From Catajapyx aquilonaris (Eukaryota), in NCBI GenBank assembly GCA_000934665.2, contig JYFJ02000948.1, positions 1 to 64,000 of the forward strand: DNA of 64,000 nucleotides. Reading direction: 5' to 3'. Below the pieces are notes generated by a model. That model had not been told where the DNA came from. It worked only from the letters and a program-made list of their open reading frames with translations, and did no database searches. The position numbers and the translations under genes were made by a program. Of the stretch, positions 61,860-64,000 are shown piece after piece; within the stretch, counting starts at the first letter, position 1, and the number at the start of each line of letters is the position of its first letter.

Positions 61860-63877
61860 ATGGAGTCGGCTGGAAAAGACATATCAGTTCTGGGGAGCCC
61901 CATGTCTTCTCGCATTCCTCGTCCGGGGCCAATCAGAAGCAGGAAGAAAGGCAGGGCTCCTCTTCCTCCGGTCAACTCATCCATCTCCTCTCAGATTTCA
62001 TCAAATGCGCTAGAAGGACGTCATTTTGGTGCGGAATTCCCTTTTATTTCTCTCCCACCCTATATTTTTATCCGGTTAACACACCTAAAAAAAATGGTAT
62101 TCCCATTATGAGAAATTTCTATTTTCAGACAGTGCATCGATCTTTAAAACCTGAAAGGAACCAAGTTTTCAATAATATTCGCCCGCTTTTCCTTCCCCCC
62201 AAAAAATGGTTGAAATAGCCCCAACTTCAGCACGGATTGGCGATAAAACCGGAGGGAGCATTAACATTCATGAATTTTGACAGTTACCGCCTGTTGTTAT
62301 TCTACTTGAAAAGCGCCGAAACTGAAAAGTTCCAAGCCCTCCCAGCACCTAATTCGGCTAGATTAAGAAAAGAGAATGATTTGTCAGAAGAAAATTCACT
62401 TTTCCTAGCTGCCTCGCCAGATTACCCGAGTTCACTGCTCCCAGCTTCCCAGTATTGGACCGAATAAAAATTGAGTACTTTATAAGTGTATGAATATTTC
62501 CAGTTTTATGAGTGAACAATTTTTTTTTTCAGATTCCCGTCAGTGCGATTTGATCAGATCTCATTTGGCTGAGAGTGAGCTTCTTCGCAGCGCTGAGTCT
62601 CTCCAGCAGATGAGAGGATGCGGAGCTCAGCATCAGCAGCAGGAGCTGTCCTTGTCTTGTCACTCGTCTCCTTGTCGATCAACACTGCCTTCCAGTCCCG
62701 CCCGGGGAGCGGTTGCCTTCCAGAACGCCATGTCAGCGTCGCAGGGCACCCTCTGGGAAGTTATAGCACATCAGTCAGTGTCGCAGTCTCAGGTATACAC
62801 AAATGGCCAGGTTGAAGTTCATGCATTACTTAAAGACTTGTATTACTGACAGATCATTTCCATTTGACCTATTACACAGCAGGTGAGCTATTATCGTAAC
62901 TCAGTATTAGCTCTGATCAACCTGCAACTTAGATCGATGCAAAGTTTATCGGAAAACCCTCCCAAGTAGGTCAGGTTACGTTGATTGCTGCGAAATTCTG
63001 CACCAGTCTCCCCCCGAGTTTTTGCCTGTCTTCAGTGGTAATCTTGGCAATTAACGAAAAGGTGAAGGAACCGATAATGCCGCCTGGAGGCAGATAAAAC
63101 CACATTTTGAGCGCATAATCTGAAGCCACCTTTTCAGCAAGATAACAAGACAGCAGAGTGGTTAAAATGAGGCAAATAAAATGCAATTTTTTCTTCACTT
63201 GCAGGTAGACCTAGCTGCAGATGGATCACCTCGCAGCCTTCAGCCTGAAGTGAAACCCAGGCCTAAATTCCCCAGCGTGCGTTCATTGGGTCAGGCCAGT
63301 TCAGGGCTAGCGGCTCGCCTTCAGAAAGCCTTCAGCCATTCAAGCCTGTCATTTGGAGGAAGGTACAGGAAGAGCATCCTGCCTCCTGCTGGGAGTCTGG
63401 ACAGACTGGGAGTAGAGACCATTCGGAGAGGGACCAACAATGCCAACAATCCTAGCACTGCCACACTATTGGGCAATAGGCCAGGAACACTGCCATCTTC
63501 TCCGGTCACCTGGAGGAGAGAAGGGCTCAGGTGTGTTGCTGGACACACACAGGTGTCCTTTAGTTAAATATTGTAGCAAACATTTATGTGTTTAAATATT
63601 ACAGGGATAATGCTCTGCTGGACCTGTACATGAGCCTGGGTCCGAATCAGGGCCTGGAAAGGTTGAAGATGAAGAAAGAAGGGAGGCTGCGAGGGTTGAT
63701 GTCTGGAGTGACCGGGTCACTGCGAAACCTGACCGGATCAGCTCCTTCTGTGGCTACTTACACCCCTCGACGGCCTTTGTTGCTGGAGAGATGCAGTCTA
63801 TGCGGATTTCTGGCCGCTCATGACAGGAGGATCTTCGGAGGACAGATCTTCCATCCTGACTGCTTAGAAAGTGCAAG
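61860..63877 (+). CDS. 5' part of an uncharacterised gene with a KRAP-like motif and a LIM-type first zinc finger (possibly MICAL-like family); continues beyond the window
   Basis: Frame-consistent exons 61860-62028, 62533-62792, 63205-63530, 63605-63877. Contains RKKGRAPLPP and CSLC-x16-HPDC. A 5' UTR acceptor lies at about 61811. Confidence 0.55.
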
Positions 63878-64000
63878 GTAGGTGAAGGTTGCTTATCCCA
63901 GAGTTTATTTACATCCGCATCGTACAGCGAATGAAAATCATTTGCAAGAAATCAAAGTTCATGGTCTAAAATACACACACAAGGTGACGAGATGTGATAT

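Noticed and set aside
1..64000. Prokaryotic-type systems (CRISPR arrays, operons, defence islands)
   Set aside because: The sequence is eukaryotic with spliceosomal introns, and I saw no regularly spaced repeat-spacer array.

Overview
This is a gene-dense, short-intron eukaryotic window, probably from a non-insect arthropod (my inference). In order it holds: the 3' end of split ends (spen, SPOC domain); complete ARPC2; a ferroportin (SLC40A1) gene; Arp5/ACTR5 on the minus strand; a second ferroportin; a tandem triplet of intact but strongly diverged ferroportin-like genes; a small EF-hand-like gene head-to-head with sds22/PPP1R7; two divergent tRNA-Thr(TGT) genes; about 20 kb of non-coding DNA; and the start of a gene with a KRAP-like motif and half a LIM finger that runs off the window. 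Gene models were assembled by hand from splice sites and checked for frame. The main discovery is the five-member ferroportin cluster. Copies 3-5 keep open reading frames but have changed most of the known metal-binding and gating residues, gained new charges elsewhere in the same helices, and differ from each other at the metal-site positions. They are a candidate neofunctionalised SLC40 subfamily. Mobile elements include a tRNA-SINE with a 16-bp TSD, a truncated retro-insert with a 14-bp TSD, tandem mini-Helitrons, mariner remnants and several MITEs. Human ferroportin numbering is from memory and by-eye alignment; no database searches were run.
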